Assembly: GCA_963746845.1 (NCBI GenBank) | Contig: CAVVCZ010000001.1 | Span: 96,001 to 160,000, forward strand | DNA length: 64,000 nucleotides | From: an uncultured Chloroflexia bacterium | GTDB lineage: Bacteria; Chloroflexota; Limnocylindria; Limnocylindrales; CSP1-4 | Direction of reading: 5' to 3' | In this document: one piece after another, positions 10,226 through 20,233 of the stretch | How positions within the stretch are numbered: position 1 is the stretch's first letter | How the letters are laid out: every line of letters starts with the position of its first letter | Translations under genes and position numbers: made by a program | The notes under the pieces: model-generated | Told to the model about the DNA's origin: nothing | The model's input: only the letters and a program-made list of their open reading frames with translations | Database searches by the model: none

Positions 10226-11779
10226 TCAGGGGGAGACGATCGCACCGTTCGGGTCATCCATCTGGTGCAGTTCGAACTCGTCGGCGGCGTTGAACATGTA
10301 CGACCCGGCGGGGTCGACCCGCGGGAACGTCGTCCCGAGCACGGGGTTCAGGAGGTCCGGGAACACGTTCACGAGCTCCTCGTCGTCCGGGAGCGGATGA
10401 GCCTCACCCGGCACGCGCGCCGCGAGCAGGGGCAGGAAGCGGAGACGCGGGTCGCCGGGCATCGCGCCGACCCACGATCCGTGGTCGCCGAAGACGAGGA
10501 TCACCGGCGGGACGGCCGCCACGTGGTCGATGGCGTCGATCTCGTCGAGGAGCGGCCCCTGGAGGTACTCGACCGATCCCGCGTAGCCGGCCTTCAGCTG
10601 GTCCTCGGTCAGGCCCGTCTGGACCGGGTCGTCGGCGTACAGGGCGCGGATGTCCGGCACGGTCCGCGGGCTGCCGTCGGCGTTGAACACCCAGGGCGGA
10701 TGAGGGCTCGGGATGTGGTCGAAGATGAACCGCGGGTGGCCCGGGTTCTCGGCCGCGAGCTCGCCGAGCGCCGCGAAGTTCGCCGTGATCCGGCTGCGCG
10801 CCGACTGGCTCGCGAAGTCGGGCGCGACCGCGTTGAGCACGTCGCCGAACACGGTTCGCCGGAGCATCCCGACCTCGACCTCGTTCAGGGCCGCCCCGGT
10901 CGTGATGAACCGGTCGGCCTCGCGGAGGTTGACCTCGGCGAAGCCCGACGAGATCCCGACGATCTCGTAGCCGCGCTCGTGGAGGGCGGCGAACAGGGGG
11001 TTGTCGATGACGACCCGGTGGGTGATCGCGGCCTCGGCCTGGACGTCCCCGCCGTCGAGGAGCGGCTGGAGCGCCGGGATGTCCTGGAGCAGGCGCATGT
11101 TGAACATTGACATCAGGACCTCGACGGTCGTCGGGTAGTTCGTCACGGCCCTCGAGGACACGCTGAGCCCGCGATCGGCGAGCCGGCCGAGGAATCCGCT
11201 CTCGTCGACGTCGAAGACCTGCCGGAGCGCATCCGCCCGGGCATAGCCGTCGAGGAGGATCACGTAGATGTCCGGGGTCGCGGGTGACGTGACGCCGGTG
11301 AAGGTCCGTGCGGCCCGCAGCGGCGGCTCGTTCGTCAGCGAGCGGCCGATCACGGCCACCGCACCAAGTTGGACGGCCTGGACCACGATCAGGAGGCAGA
11401 GCAGCAAGGCGAAGACCCGCGAGATCCGTCCGATCTGCGGCCACGACACCCGGACATGACCGTGCAACACGCGACCGTCGACGAACAGGACGACAACCAG
11501 AAGGCCGACCGCGAGGACGAGCCGCGGGTCCCCGCCGATGAGGGCGACCATCGTCATGAACGCGGCCAACGCGGCGCGATCCCGATCGCCCAGCACCACC
11601 CGCATGACGACCGACACGACGATCCCGAGCAGCAGGACGGCGATGAGCGCGCGGAACGACACCCAGAAGCCGACGCCGTTGATCGCGACCAGCTGCAGGA
11701 ACAGCGCCAGGCCGACGACGACCGGGTAGACGGGCACGTCGGAGCGGGGCCGCCATCGTGCGACGGAGCGGTCCGTCAC
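10226..11779 (-). CDS. Membrane-anchored sulfatase/alkaline-phosphatase-superfamily (LtaS-like) protein
   Basis: N-terminal TM helices, then PDIYVILLDGY, NYPTT, HIPSPHPPW, VILVFGDHGS metal-binding motifs; GTG start 11779 overlaps the upstream stop. Confidence 0.8.
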   Translation of the reverse strand: MTDRSVARWRPRSDVPVYPVVVGLALFLQLVAINGVGFWVSFRALIAVLLLGIVVSVVMRVVLGDRDRAALAAFMTMVALIGGDPRLVLAVGLLVVVLFVDGRVLHGHVRVSWPQIGRISRVFALLLCLLIVVQAVQLGAVAVIGRSLTNEPPLRAARTFTGVTSPATPDIYVILLDGYARADALRQVFDVDESGFLGRLADRGLSVSSRAVTNYPTTVEVLMSMFNMRLLQDIPALQPLLDGGDVQAEAAITHRVVIDNPLFAALHERGYEIVGISSGFAEVNLREADRFITTGAALNEVEVGMLRRTVFGDVLNAVAPDFASQSARSRITANFAALGELAAENPGHPRFIFDHIPSPHPPWVFNADGSPRTVPDIRALYADDPVQTGLTEDQLKAGYAGSVEYLQGPLLDEIDAIDHVAAVPPVILVFGDHGSWVGAMPGDPRLRFLPLLAARVPGEAHPLPDDEELVNVFPDLLNPVLGTTFPRVDPAGSYMFNAADEFELHQMDDPNGAIVSP

Positions 11780-13221
11780 GGCCGCCGCGTCATGCGCAGG
11801 AGGATCCGGCCCGTGCCCGGGATCGGGCGCTCGTCGACGATGGCGTAGCGTCGCTCGAAGGCGGCGCGGAACTCGTCGAGGTGATAGTCGCGGAAGACGT
11901 CCTCGCGGGTCGCCAGCAGCCGGCGCACCATCGGGTCGTCGCGGCCGACCCATTCGATGACCAGGTCCGGGGCCAGGGTCGCGAGGAAGTCGGCCAGCCG
12001 GCCGAGCGGGACGTTCCGCCCGATCGCGAGATGGTGCACGAGCGCGAGGGCGAGGAGGACGTCCGCGTCGGCGCGGTCCACGAGCGAACGGCGTTCGGCG
12101 AGCGCCCAGCCCATGGACCCGCTGGGGTTCGCGAGATCCGTGAGGAGCGGCAGGACGGCGGTCGCTCTCCGTTCCCGGATCGTCCGGAAGTGGCGCTCGA
12201 CCGCAGCCGGGTCCGCGTCCCATGCGACGACCCGCCGACGGAGGTCCGCGGCGATCGCGCTGTGCCGTCCGACGTTCGCCCCGAAATCCCACACGACGCT
12301 TCCGCCCGCGTCGGCGAGCATCGTCCGGACGAGGACGTCCTTGCCCGCGGCCGCCGTTCGTGCGGCGTCGTCCGTGGCGTCCCGCGCCTCGTAGTCGGCC
12401 CACTCGGTGCCCGCCGGCGTCCAGTCGAGCGCCTCGACCGTGCGGCGCAGGCTGTCGAGCAGCGCCTCGCCGCCCAGCTTTCCGACCGACGCCCGGCGCA
12501 CCTCCGCCGCGGCCGTCTCACCGCCCGATGCGTGCGTCCGCTGCGCTCGCGCATGCAGGTGGAGGTGGGCGCTCAGGCCCGGGTTGAGGCGGGTCCGCCC
12601 GGGCAGGAGACCGGCCGCGAGGTCCAGTGGGATCCCGTCGAGATGGCTGCGGAGGAGCCCACCCAGTCGCACGTCGCGTCGGGCCATGAGGGCGAGCGGC
12701 GCCAGGAAGTGCTCGCAGAACTGGCGATAGGCGGGCCACGGCGCACCGGGCTCGGCCGGGGCCAGCGACAGCGTGTCGACGAGGATCGGCCGCCCGTTCT
12801 GGTAGAGGACGTTGTAGGCGCTTGCATCCCGCAGCGTGAACCCCGCGGCCACGGCCTCGGCCTGGATGTCGAGGGTCAGGAGCGCCGCGTCCCGGAGCAT
12901 CCCGAACGACCACTCGTACGGATAGGAGACGAACTCGACCTCGAGCGGACGGATGACCGCGTGGGCGCGATCGGCGTCGGCGGCGAGCTCGAGCGCGACG
13001 GGCTCGTGGGGGATCAGCCGGCCGGCGGCCTGGAGGCGATCGAGCAGGCCGTCCGCGACCACTCGATCCCAGCGCTCGCCGAACGATCGATCGACCTGGC
13101 GGAGGAGGATCCCGTCGCGACGGTACATGAAGCCGGCCGGGTCGCGGAACGACGACGGCTCTGGCTGGACGACGGAGTCGACGGCCGGGTCGCGAACGGT
13201 GGGGTCGGCGGCGGCCGTCAA
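11776..13221 (-). CDS. NoeA-like class I SAM-dependent methyltransferase with N-terminal kinase-like region
   Basis: SSFRDPAGF, SYPYEWSFGMLRDAA, LRDASAYNV, WPAYRQFCEHFLAPL, VWDFGANVG, LALVHHLAI. Confidence 0.8.
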   Translation of the reverse strand: MTAAADPTVRDPAVDSVVQPEPSSFRDPAGFMYRRDGILLRQVDRSFGERWDRVVADGLLDRLQAAGRLIPHEPVALELAADADRAHAVIRPLEVEFVSYPYEWSFGMLRDAALLTLDIQAEAVAAGFTLRDASAYNVLYQNGRPILVDTLSLAPAEPGAPWPAYRQFCEHFLAPLALMARRDVRLGGLLRSHLDGIPLDLAAGLLPGRTRLNPGLSAHLHLHARAQRTHASGGETAAAEVRRASVGKLGGEALLDSLRRTVEALDWTPAGTEWADYEARDATDDAARTAAAGKDVLVRTMLADAGGSVVWDFGANVGRHSAIAADLRRRVVAWDADPAAVERHFRTIRERRATAVLPLLTDLANPSGSMGWALAERRSLVDRADADVLLALALVHHLAIGRNVPLGRLADFLATLAPDLVIEWVGRDDPMVRRLLATREDVFRDYHLDEFRAAFERRYAIVDERPIPGTGRILLRMTRRP

Positions 13222-13235
13222 GCCTTCGATCGGGC

Positions 13236-13421
13236 TCAGTTGGCGTGGTCGGCGCGGTGATCGGTCCGAGCCGATCGGCCGCCGAGACGTCCGATCGAGC
13301 GCACCGCGCGGGCGATCTGGCGACGGAGGACGTAGGGGATCGCGAGCAGCGCTGCGAGGGTCGCCTGGATGACCATGCTGCCGGCGCCGGGGTCGATGTA
13401 CGCGACGAACCAGTGATCCAT
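13236..13421 (-). CDS. Small single-TM protein with YIDPGxGS motif
   Basis: AYIDPGAGSMVIQATLAALLAIPYVLRR; AAGGAA upstream; first gene of an apparent operon with the methyltransferase and sulfatase-like genes. Confidence 0.75.
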   Translation of the reverse strand: MDHWFVAYIDPGAGSMVIQATLAALLAIPYVLRRQIARAVRSIGRLGGRSARTDHRADHAN

Positions 13422-13572
13422 CTGTCTGTCGAGTTCCTTGTCGATCGCGCGTCCGCCCCGTCAGCGCAACGAGATGCTACTGCACCGCACGTTCGGGGTC
13501 GTTTCGTTCGCGGCGGAATCTCCCATCCGCCGGCATCGGGGCCGAATGACCCGAAGGTCCCGGCACGCTCGA

Positions 13573-14766
13573 TCAATCGCCGATCGAATCCTCCCGGCTT
13601 GCCCGGATTGCCGCGAGAACCAGCCCGATGGCGACCCAGACGAGCGGCAGGAATGCGATCGCGACGGCGGCGACCAGCAGTGCCCCGGCGATCAGCGCCC
13701 GGACGCGCCCGAACGCCGGGCCGCCATGGCTTCGGAGGAGCGCCGCCAGCCCGAACGGCACCATCGCCGACGGGTAGTGGAACCAGGTGACCGGCAGCGT
13801 TGCCAGCGAGGCCGCGGCGGCCCAGCCGAAGCGCTCGACGGGATCGCCGCCCCGGCGGCCGGCAATGATCGAGAGGGCGAGCACGGCGAGCGTCACCGCG
13901 ATCTGGGCAATCCGAGCGAACCGGTCGTCCGCGCCGATGAGCAGCGCGAGCTGCGCCGCGGGGCCGGCGTTGCGCGGATCGACGAGGTCGGCGTTGCTCC
14001 CGGCGCGGACGACGGCGACGTAGTCCGTCCAGGGGCTCAGCCCCCCGACGGCGAGGCTGACCGCGAGGAGCGCCACGCCGACGAGAACGGCGACGGCCAG
14101 CGCCCGGGCGCTCGCCCGGTCGCCACCGATGGTCCGCGTCCCGAACCAGACGCCGAGCGACGCCGGATGGAGCTTGGCGATCGACGCCGTCGCGAGGGCC
14201 AGCCCGCCGGCACGCTGCGACCCGACGGTCGTGCCCGGGGCCACCGCGAGGAGCATCGCCCCGTACAGGAGCGGGAAGAAGACATCGAGGTTGCCGAACA
14301 GCAGCCCGATCGCGAACGGGAAGCAGAGCGGGGCCAACGCGACCACCGGCACGACGACCGAGCGCGTCGGAAGGTCGGGGGCGAACCGCCGGCCGAGGGC
14401 CGCGGCGACCGCGGCGAGACCGGCGACCGCGGCGACGCTCCAGGCCAGGAACATCACCGGCGAGGGGATCGGCGCGAAGAGGGCCATCGCCTGGGCGATG
14501 ACCGGCGGGTACGAGTAGAACAGGCTCTCGGCAACCGGCGCGCCGCCCGCGACGAGCGCCGGGTCGTACGGCGACCGGCCGGCCGCGACGTCCCGGCCCG
14601 CGCGGAGGAGCAGCTCCAGGTCGAAGCCGGCCTTCGGTGGCGTCGCCGCATACAGCGTCGCCCCGATCCACAGCAGCCCGAGCCAGCCGACGATCCCGAG
14701 GATCAGGAGCGCGCCGCTCGCGAGCGACCGGCTGGCGGCGGGCCGGATCGTCAGCTCGTCGGTCAT
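13573..14766 (-). CDS. GT87 family glycosyltransferase
   Basis: Starts MTDELTIR at 14766; GFDLELL...GRSPYD, YSYPP, GNLD, AKLHP, PVTWFHY. Confidence 0.82.
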   Translation of the reverse strand: MTDELTIRPAASRSLASGALLILGIVGWLGLLWIGATLYAATPPKAGFDLELLLRAGRDVAAGRSPYDPALVAGGAPVAESLFYSYPPVIAQAMALFAPIPSPVMFLAWSVAAVAGLAAVAAALGRRFAPDLPTRSVVVPVVALAPLCFPFAIGLLFGNLDVFFPLLYGAMLLAVAPGTTVGSQRAGGLALATASIAKLHPASLGVWFGTRTIGGDRASARALAVAVLVGVALLAVSLAVGGLSPWTDYVAVVRAGSNADLVDPRNAGPAAQLALLIGADDRFARIAQIAVTLAVLALSIIAGRRGGDPVERFGWAAAASLATLPVTWFHYPSAMVPFGLAALLRSHGGPAFGRVRALIAGALLVAAVAIAFLPLVWVAIGLVLAAIRASREDSIGD

Positions 14767-15635
14767 CGGTCGTCCGGATCGCGGGCGGCGGCGACGAGGC
14801 TCGACAGCTGGTACAGGAGGAGGCGCGGCGACGCCAGGACGGACAGGGTCACCGCCGCCGCCCAGCCGTAGGGACGCGGGGCGGCCCAGATCGCGAACGC
14901 CGTGCCGCCGACGACGAGCACGGCCCACAGCGCCGGCGAGATGGCATACGGCGACAGGGACACGACGCTACCGACCTGGTCGAGCCGGAGGAACGACAGG
15001 TAGGCGATCGTGTCCGCCGGGGCGAGCACCAGCTGGAAGGCGATCAGACCCGCCATGCATGCCGCGAGCCAGCCGAGGGCGCGCCAGTCGCGCCGGCCCA
15101 GCCACCACACGGCGGCGAGGATCGGGAAGACCTTGAGGTTCGCGGCCAGGGCGATGGCCCAGGGCATGCCGAGCGACAGCAGGAGCGTGACCGCGACCTG
15201 CGCCTGGCCGATCACGAGGCTCCAGCCGGTCGGCAGCGCGAGGGCGCAGACGAGGAACAGGCTGCGCGGCCGGCGCAGGTCCAGCCGGATCAGCGTGGCC
15301 ACGAGCATCAGGACCAGGAGTCCCATCCAGATGGTCGCGGCGACCCCGAACGGGAGCAGCGCCAGCGGCCGGAAGAGGATCGCCAGGAGCGGCGGGTACC
15401 GGTAGAACGCGGCCTCATCGACGCCCGCCGGCTGGTCGTAGAGCGGCTGGCCGGCGTTGAGCCGGGCCCCCGCGTCGTAGTAGGCGTGGACGTCCGCCAG
15501 GGGATCGCTCAGGAGATGGAGGACCACGGTCTCGACGCCGAGGGCGATCCCGACGAGCATCGCCAGGCGGAGGACGAGGCGGACCCGAGGCGTCGCCCAG
15601 ACGGTCGGACGACCCGAGCGGATGTCGCTGGTCAC
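14763..15635 (-). CDS. GT87 family glycosyltransferase
   Basis: ADVHAYYDAGARLNAGQPLY, YRYPPLL, IGQAQ, LKVFP, RRDWR. Confidence 0.85.
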   Translation of the reverse strand: MTSDIRSGRPTVWATPRVRLVLRLAMLVGIALGVETVVLHLLSDPLADVHAYYDAGARLNAGQPLYDQPAGVDEAAFYRYPPLLAILFRPLALLPFGVAATIWMGLLVLMLVATLIRLDLRRPRSLFLVCALALPTGWSLVIGQAQVAVTLLLSLGMPWAIALAANLKVFPILAAVWWLGRRDWRALGWLAACMAGLIAFQLVLAPADTIAYLSFLRLDQVGSVVSLSPYAISPALWAVLVVGGTAFAIWAAPRPYGWAAAVTLSVLASPRLLLYQLSSLVAAARDPDDR

Positions 15636-15747
15636 CGGGCCATCCTAGCGGCGACGGACGGCCGGACAGGGGACCGAACGACGCCGTCGGCATAGCCCAT
15701 TCGTACCGGTCGGAGGCCCCGGGGGCCGGTGCTACGCTGCACCGGCC

Positions 15748-17442
15748 GTGCGGATCCCGATCCTCCTCTATCTGCTCGCGCTCGTCGTCCGGATCGGATT
15801 GGTGATCCTCTACCCCGACCCGGCGTACCCCGATTCCTACTACTACGTCGACGTCGCCCGGGCGCTCGCCGCCGGCCACGGACTGAACCTCGACTTCATC
15901 TGGATCTTCGCCGAGGTCGGCAACCACATCCCGGCCAATCCGGTCCTCCCGATCCCCGGCAATGCCCACTGGCTGCCGCTGGCGTCGTTCCTCCAGGCGC
16001 CGTTCATCGCGGTCCTCGGGCCGACAACGCTCGCGTCGGCCATCCCGACGGTCCTCATCGGCTCGCTCACCGCGCCGCTGGCCTGGTTCATCGCCCGCGA
16101 CGCCGGCTCGGTGAAGGCCGTCGGGATCGGGGCCGGCATTCTGTGCGCGATCCCCGCGGCGGGGGCCGTCTTCATGGCCCAGCCGGAGAACTTCGCGATC
16201 CTCCAGCCGCTCGTCGCCGCGACGATCTGGCTGACCGTCCGGGGCCTGAAGGGCAGCACCCGCTCCTACGTGGCGGCGGGGTTCCTCGTCGGGCTCGCGT
16301 CCCTCGCCCGCAACGACGGCTTCATCCTCGGCCTGGCGGTCGGGCTCGTGTTCGTGTGGGACCGGTTCCGCTCCTGGCGATCGCGTGGTGCGGTCGCGCC
16401 GCGGCTCCCGTGGCGCGCGGCGGTTGGCTGCTTCGGGCTCTACCTGGTGGTGATGGTCCCCTGGTTCGTCCGCCAGGAGGTCACCTTCGGGTCGATCTCG
16501 CCGACGACATCCGGCGGCAGTGCGCTCTGGATCCGGACGATCCAGGAGTGGAACAGCATCACCGCGGATCCGTCGCTCTCGAAGTTCCTCGCCCAGGGTC
16601 CCGGCCCGATCATCGCGTCGCGGCTCGGCGGCCTCCTCTCGGCGATCGGCAACTTCGCGGTGATCATCGGCTCGGTCGTCCTCGTCCCGTTCCTGCTTGT
16701 CGGGGCGTGGCTGCGTCGGCGCTCGATCGACTTCGGCCCGTGGTTCCTCTACACGTTCCTCGTCTTCCTCGGGGCGACGTTCCTCTACCCGCTCCACGTC
16801 CCGGGCGGCGCGTTCATCCACTCCGCGGTCGGGCTCGAGGCCTACGCGTACATCCTGTCCCTCGAAGGCGTGGTGGCCCTCGTGATGTGGATCGCGAAGC
16901 GCCGGCCGAAGTGGGACCCGAAGGCCGCCGTGCCGCTGTTCGTCGGTGCGGTCGTCTTCTTCGTGGTCGCAACGGCGCCGCTCTATGCGGTCGCCCTGGG
17001 ATCCGCGTGGAGCGAGAGCCGCGCCCCGCGGGTCGCGCTGGCGAACCAGCTGGACAGCCTCGGGGTGGGCCCGAACGACCGGCTCCTGACGATCGACAGT
17101 GCCGGGTTGAAGTACTTCACCGGCCGGCCGGGGATCGTGACCCCGGACGACCCGATCGACACGATCGAGCAGGTCGCGCGGGCGTACGACACGCGCTGGC
17201 TCGTCCTCGAGCGCGACGACATCGTCCGGGCGCTGGCGCCGATCCTCGCCGGCGGCCCGCGACCGTCGTGGATCGGGGCCCCGGTGTTCATCGTCCCCGC
17301 TACGGACGGCGGGGTGGCACGCCTCGCGCTCTTCCCGGTCTGCCTCGACAACAGCGACGAGCGGTGCGCCGGCGGCCCGACCCTCGCCAGCGGCCCGACC
17401 CTCGCGGACGGGGCGACCTTCGCGGACGCGCGCCGCCCGTGA
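15748..17442 (+). CDS. GT39/ArnT/PMT-like glycosyltransferase
   Basis: YPDSYYYVDVARALAAGHG, WLPL, LARNDG, PWFVR motifs; many TM segments. Confidence 0.8.
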   Translation: MRIPILLYLLALVVRIGLVILYPDPAYPDSYYYVDVARALAAGHGLNLDFIWIFAEVGNHIPANPVLPIPGNAHWLPLASFLQAPFIAVLGPTTLASAIPTVLIGSLTAPLAWFIARDAGSVKAVGIGAGILCAIPAAGAVFMAQPENFAILQPLVAATIWLTVRGLKGSTRSYVAAGFLVGLASLARNDGFILGLAVGLVFVWDRFRSWRSRGAVAPRLPWRAAVGCFGLYLVVMVPWFVRQEVTFGSISPTTSGGSALWIRTIQEWNSITADPSLSKFLAQGPGPIIASRLGGLLSAIGNFAVIIGSVVLVPFLLVGAWLRRRSIDFGPWFLYTFLVFLGATFLYPLHVPGGAFIHSAVGLEAYAYILSLEGVVALVMWIAKRRPKWDPKAAVPLFVGAVVFFVVATAPLYAVALGSAWSESRAPRVALANQLDSLGVGPNDRLLTIDSAGLKYFTGRPGIVTPDDPIDTIEQVARAYDTRWLVLERDDIVRALAPILAGGPRPSWIGAPVFIVPATDGGVARLALFPVCLDNSDERCAGGPTLASGPTLADGATFADARRP

Positions 17443-19064
17443 GCCGCCGCGAGGCGGGCCTGACGGCCGGCGTCATCTTCCTCATCGCGCTGGCGATCCG
17501 CGCGGTCGCCGCGATGCTCGTCGTCTTCCCGAAGCCGGAGGACACGGCCTACTACGTCGACGTCGCCCGGAACCTCCTCGGCGGCCGCGGGCTCGTCAGC
17601 GACGCGCTGTGGAGCTTCGGGACCCAGCCGCTCGTCGTGCCGCGGGCGGCGTTCGAGGTCTGGCTCCCCCTCCCGACCCTTGTCGCGGCGATCCCCATGG
17701 CCCTCGTCGGGGCGACCTTCGCCGCGGCCCAGGTCAGCTCGGTGGTCATCGGGGCGCTCGTGCCGGTCCTCGCGTGGCGGCTCGCCGCCGACGTCGCGGA
17801 CGAGAAGGGCCTGCCCCATGGCCGGGCGCGCACCCTCGCGATCGGCACCGGGATCACCGCGGCGGTGTCCCTGCCGCTGATCCTCCACTCGACCCTGCCC
17901 GACTCGACGATGCCGTTCGCCGTGCTGACCCTCGCCGCGACCCTTCTGATGGCGCGGATCCGGCGGACGATCACCACCGATGGCGCGACGACGGGTTCGA
18001 CCCGGGCGCTCCTCGCCCTGGGCGCGATCCTCGGTCTCGCCGCGCTGACCCGCAACGAGGCGCTCTGGCTCGGGCTGGCCTGGTCGATCATCGCCGCGAC
18101 CCTGCCGATCGCGACCCGCGATCGCCTCCGGGTGATCGTCATCCCGGCCGTCGTGGCGCTGGTCCTCTTCCTCCCGTGGATGATCCGCGACCAGATCGCC
18201 TTCGGCAGCCCGCTCCCGGGTCAGGCCCTGAGCAACGCCCTGTCCCTCGACGGGTCGGACATCTTCGCCTGGCAGGACCCACCGACCCTGTCGCGCTACC
18301 TCGCGGCCGGCCTGCCCCGGCTCGTGGAGCTGCGGGTCCTCGGGATCGGCCACAACTTGTTCGACGTCCTGCTGTTCCCGGGCGCCCCACTGTCGTTCAT
18401 CGGCCTGCTCGGCCTGCCGTGGATCGCCCGGCTGCGGTCCGTCCAGCCGCTCCTGATCGTCTCGATCCTGATCTTCGCGATCACCGGCCTGCTCTTCCCC
18501 GTCTCGACGACGTGGGGCACGTTCCTCCACGCGGCGGGCGCGATCCACGTCCTGATGATCGTCTCGGCGCTCGTCGCGCTCGACGCGTTGATCGCGGAGA
18601 TCGGCCGGCGCCGGGGCTGGCACCGGCCCGTCGCCTGGCTCGCACCGGCGCTGACGGTGTCCGGCGCGGTGCTGTTCTCGGTCGTCTTCCTTCCGGCGTT
18701 CGGGAGCGGATCGGCGGCGACGGAGCGGACGTTCAGCGCCCTCGACGACCGCATGGCCGCGGCCGGCATCCCGCTCGGCGGCGACCAGCCGGTCATCACG
18801 GACGCCCCGATCTGGGTGCCGTACGTCGGCGGCGGGACCGCGCTGGCGCTCCCGTTCGAGCCACCGAGCAGCGTGCTCGATCTCGCCCGGCACTTCGGGG
18901 CGACGACCGTGGTGGTCGTCGGTGGCGATCATCCGTTCCCCTCGAATCTCGCGGCCGGCGGCGAGGGGGCCGACTGCTTCCACCAGGTGGCGCTGCCGGG
19001 CAGTCCGCTCCTGTCGTCCGAGGACTCCGACACCACCCGGGTGTACCGGGTCTCGTGCCCATGA
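17439..19064 (+). CDS. GT39/ArnT/PMT-like glycosyltransferase (paralog of upstream gene)
   Basis: GTG 17439 overlaps the upstream stop; PEDTAYYVDVARNLLGGRG, WLPL, LTRNEA, PWMIR, GTFLHA align with the upstream paralog. Confidence 0.8.
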   Translation: MSRREAGLTAGVIFLIALAIRAVAAMLVVFPKPEDTAYYVDVARNLLGGRGLVSDALWSFGTQPLVVPRAAFEVWLPLPTLVAAIPMALVGATFAAAQVSSVVIGALVPVLAWRLAADVADEKGLPHGRARTLAIGTGITAAVSLPLILHSTLPDSTMPFAVLTLAATLLMARIRRTITTDGATTGSTRALLALGAILGLAALTRNEALWLGLAWSIIAATLPIATRDRLRVIVIPAVVALVLFLPWMIRDQIAFGSPLPGQALSNALSLDGSDIFAWQDPPTLSRYLAAGLPRLVELRVLGIGHNLFDVLLFPGAPLSFIGLLGLPWIARLRSVQPLLIVSILIFAITGLLFPVSTTWGTFLHAAGAIHVLMIVSALVALDALIAEIGRRRGWHRPVAWLAPALTVSGAVLFSVVFLPAFGSGSAATERTFSALDDRMAAAGIPLGGDQPVITDAPIWVPYVGGGTALALPFEPPSSVLDLARHFGATTVVVVGGDHPFPSNLAAGGEGADCFHQVALPGSPLLSSEDSDTTRVYRVSCP

Positions 19065-20233
19065 CCGGCCCGTATACTCCGAAGCCAATGGACGCCGCAC
19101 GATCCAGCGACGAGACGCGGGCCGTACGGGACGTGCGGATCGACGGGCTGCGCGCGGAGGCCTCGGAGGCCGTCGGCTACAGCGCGAACACGCTCCGCGC
19201 GGTCAGCCAGCGCTACCGCACCGCCTACACGGACGAGCTCACCCGCTGGCAGGTGCTCCGCGACGAGCTCGACATCGCCGAGCGCGCCGGCGCCGGGGGA
19301 GCCGACCGCCGACACGCCGAAGCCGACGCTCTGGCCGATGGCGACGACGGCGCGGCGGCGACCGCCGACGCCGCGGCCCTGGCCGCCGAGGTCGGCGCCG
19401 AGGACGCCCGCGTCCGCGCGTTGCGCTCGGAGGTCGAGTCGCTCGGGCGCGAGCTCGGCCTGCAGCAGACGGAGCTCGCGAAGCTGGAGATCGCCCTTCG
19501 CAACCTGGAATCCACGTGGCTCTTCCTCGAACGCGGGGACTCGAGCCTCGTCAGCGACACCCAGGGCCTGCCGACCGACGTCCAGATGCGGATCGTCGAG
19601 GCCCAGGAGTCGGAACGATCGCGTCTCGCCCAGGAGGTCCACGACGGACCGGCCCAGGTGCTGTCGAACGCGATCTTCCAGGTGGAATACATCGAGCGCG
19701 TGATCGACACGGACCAGCGCACGGCGAGGACAGAGCTGCGCTTCCTGCGCGACCTGCTTCGCCGCGAGCTCGGCTCCGTTCGAACCTTCATCAGTCAGCT
19801 CCGACCGCCCGTCCTCGACGAGCTCGGGCTGGATGGGGCGATCTCCGATGCCATCGGCCGGGCAACCGCGCTGACGGGCCTCGCGATCAGCTCCGATCTC
19901 GCCGCGCCGGCCGAACGACTGAGCCCTGCCCAGCAGACGGTCGTCCTGCGCGTGCTGCAGGAAGCACTGCAGAATGTACGGAAGCACGGCGCGGCCTCGG
20001 CCGTCACGGTCGCCAGCGCGATCGACGGTGATGACTGGGTCCTGACCGTCCGCGATGACGGTCGTGGCTTCGATGTCGGCGCGGTGGCTGCCCGCGGTCG
20101 GCGGAACTTCGGTCTGCAGTTCATGCGTGAGCGAGCCGAACTGATCGGCGCCCGGTTCGAGGTGCATTCGCGACCGGACGGTGGCACGCTGGTCCGGCTC
20201 GCGATCCCGGTGGGAGCAGAGGAGACCAGCTGA
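19061..20233 (+). CDS. DegS-like cytoplasmic sensor histidine kinase (HisKA_3)
   Basis: Coiled-coil N-terminus with no TM; AQESERSRLAQEVHDGPAQ, LRPPVLDELGL, EALQNVRKH, DDGRGF, FGLQFMRERAE. Start 19061 or 19088. Confidence 0.9.
   Translation: MTGPYTPKPMDAARSSDETRAVRDVRIDGLRAEASEAVGYSANTLRAVSQRYRTAYTDELTRWQVLRDELDIAERAGAGGADRRHAEADALADGDDGAAATADAAALAAEVGAEDARVRALRSEVESLGRELGLQQTELAKLEIALRNLESTWLFLERGDSSLVSDTQGLPTDVQMRIVEAQESERSRLAQEVHDGPAQVLSNAIFQVEYIERVIDTDQRTARTELRFLRDLLRRELGSVRTFISQLRPPVLDELGLDGAISDAIGRATALTGLAISSDLAAPAERLSPAQQTVVLRVLQEALQNVRKHGAASAVTVASAIDGDDWVLTVRDDGRGFDVGAVAARGRRNFGLQFMRERAELIGARFEVHSRPDGGTLVRLAIPVGAEETS

Noticed and set aside
17371-17430. 18-bp tandem repeat encoding GPTLA units
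   Set aside because: Short degenerate low-complexity tail with no evidence of function.
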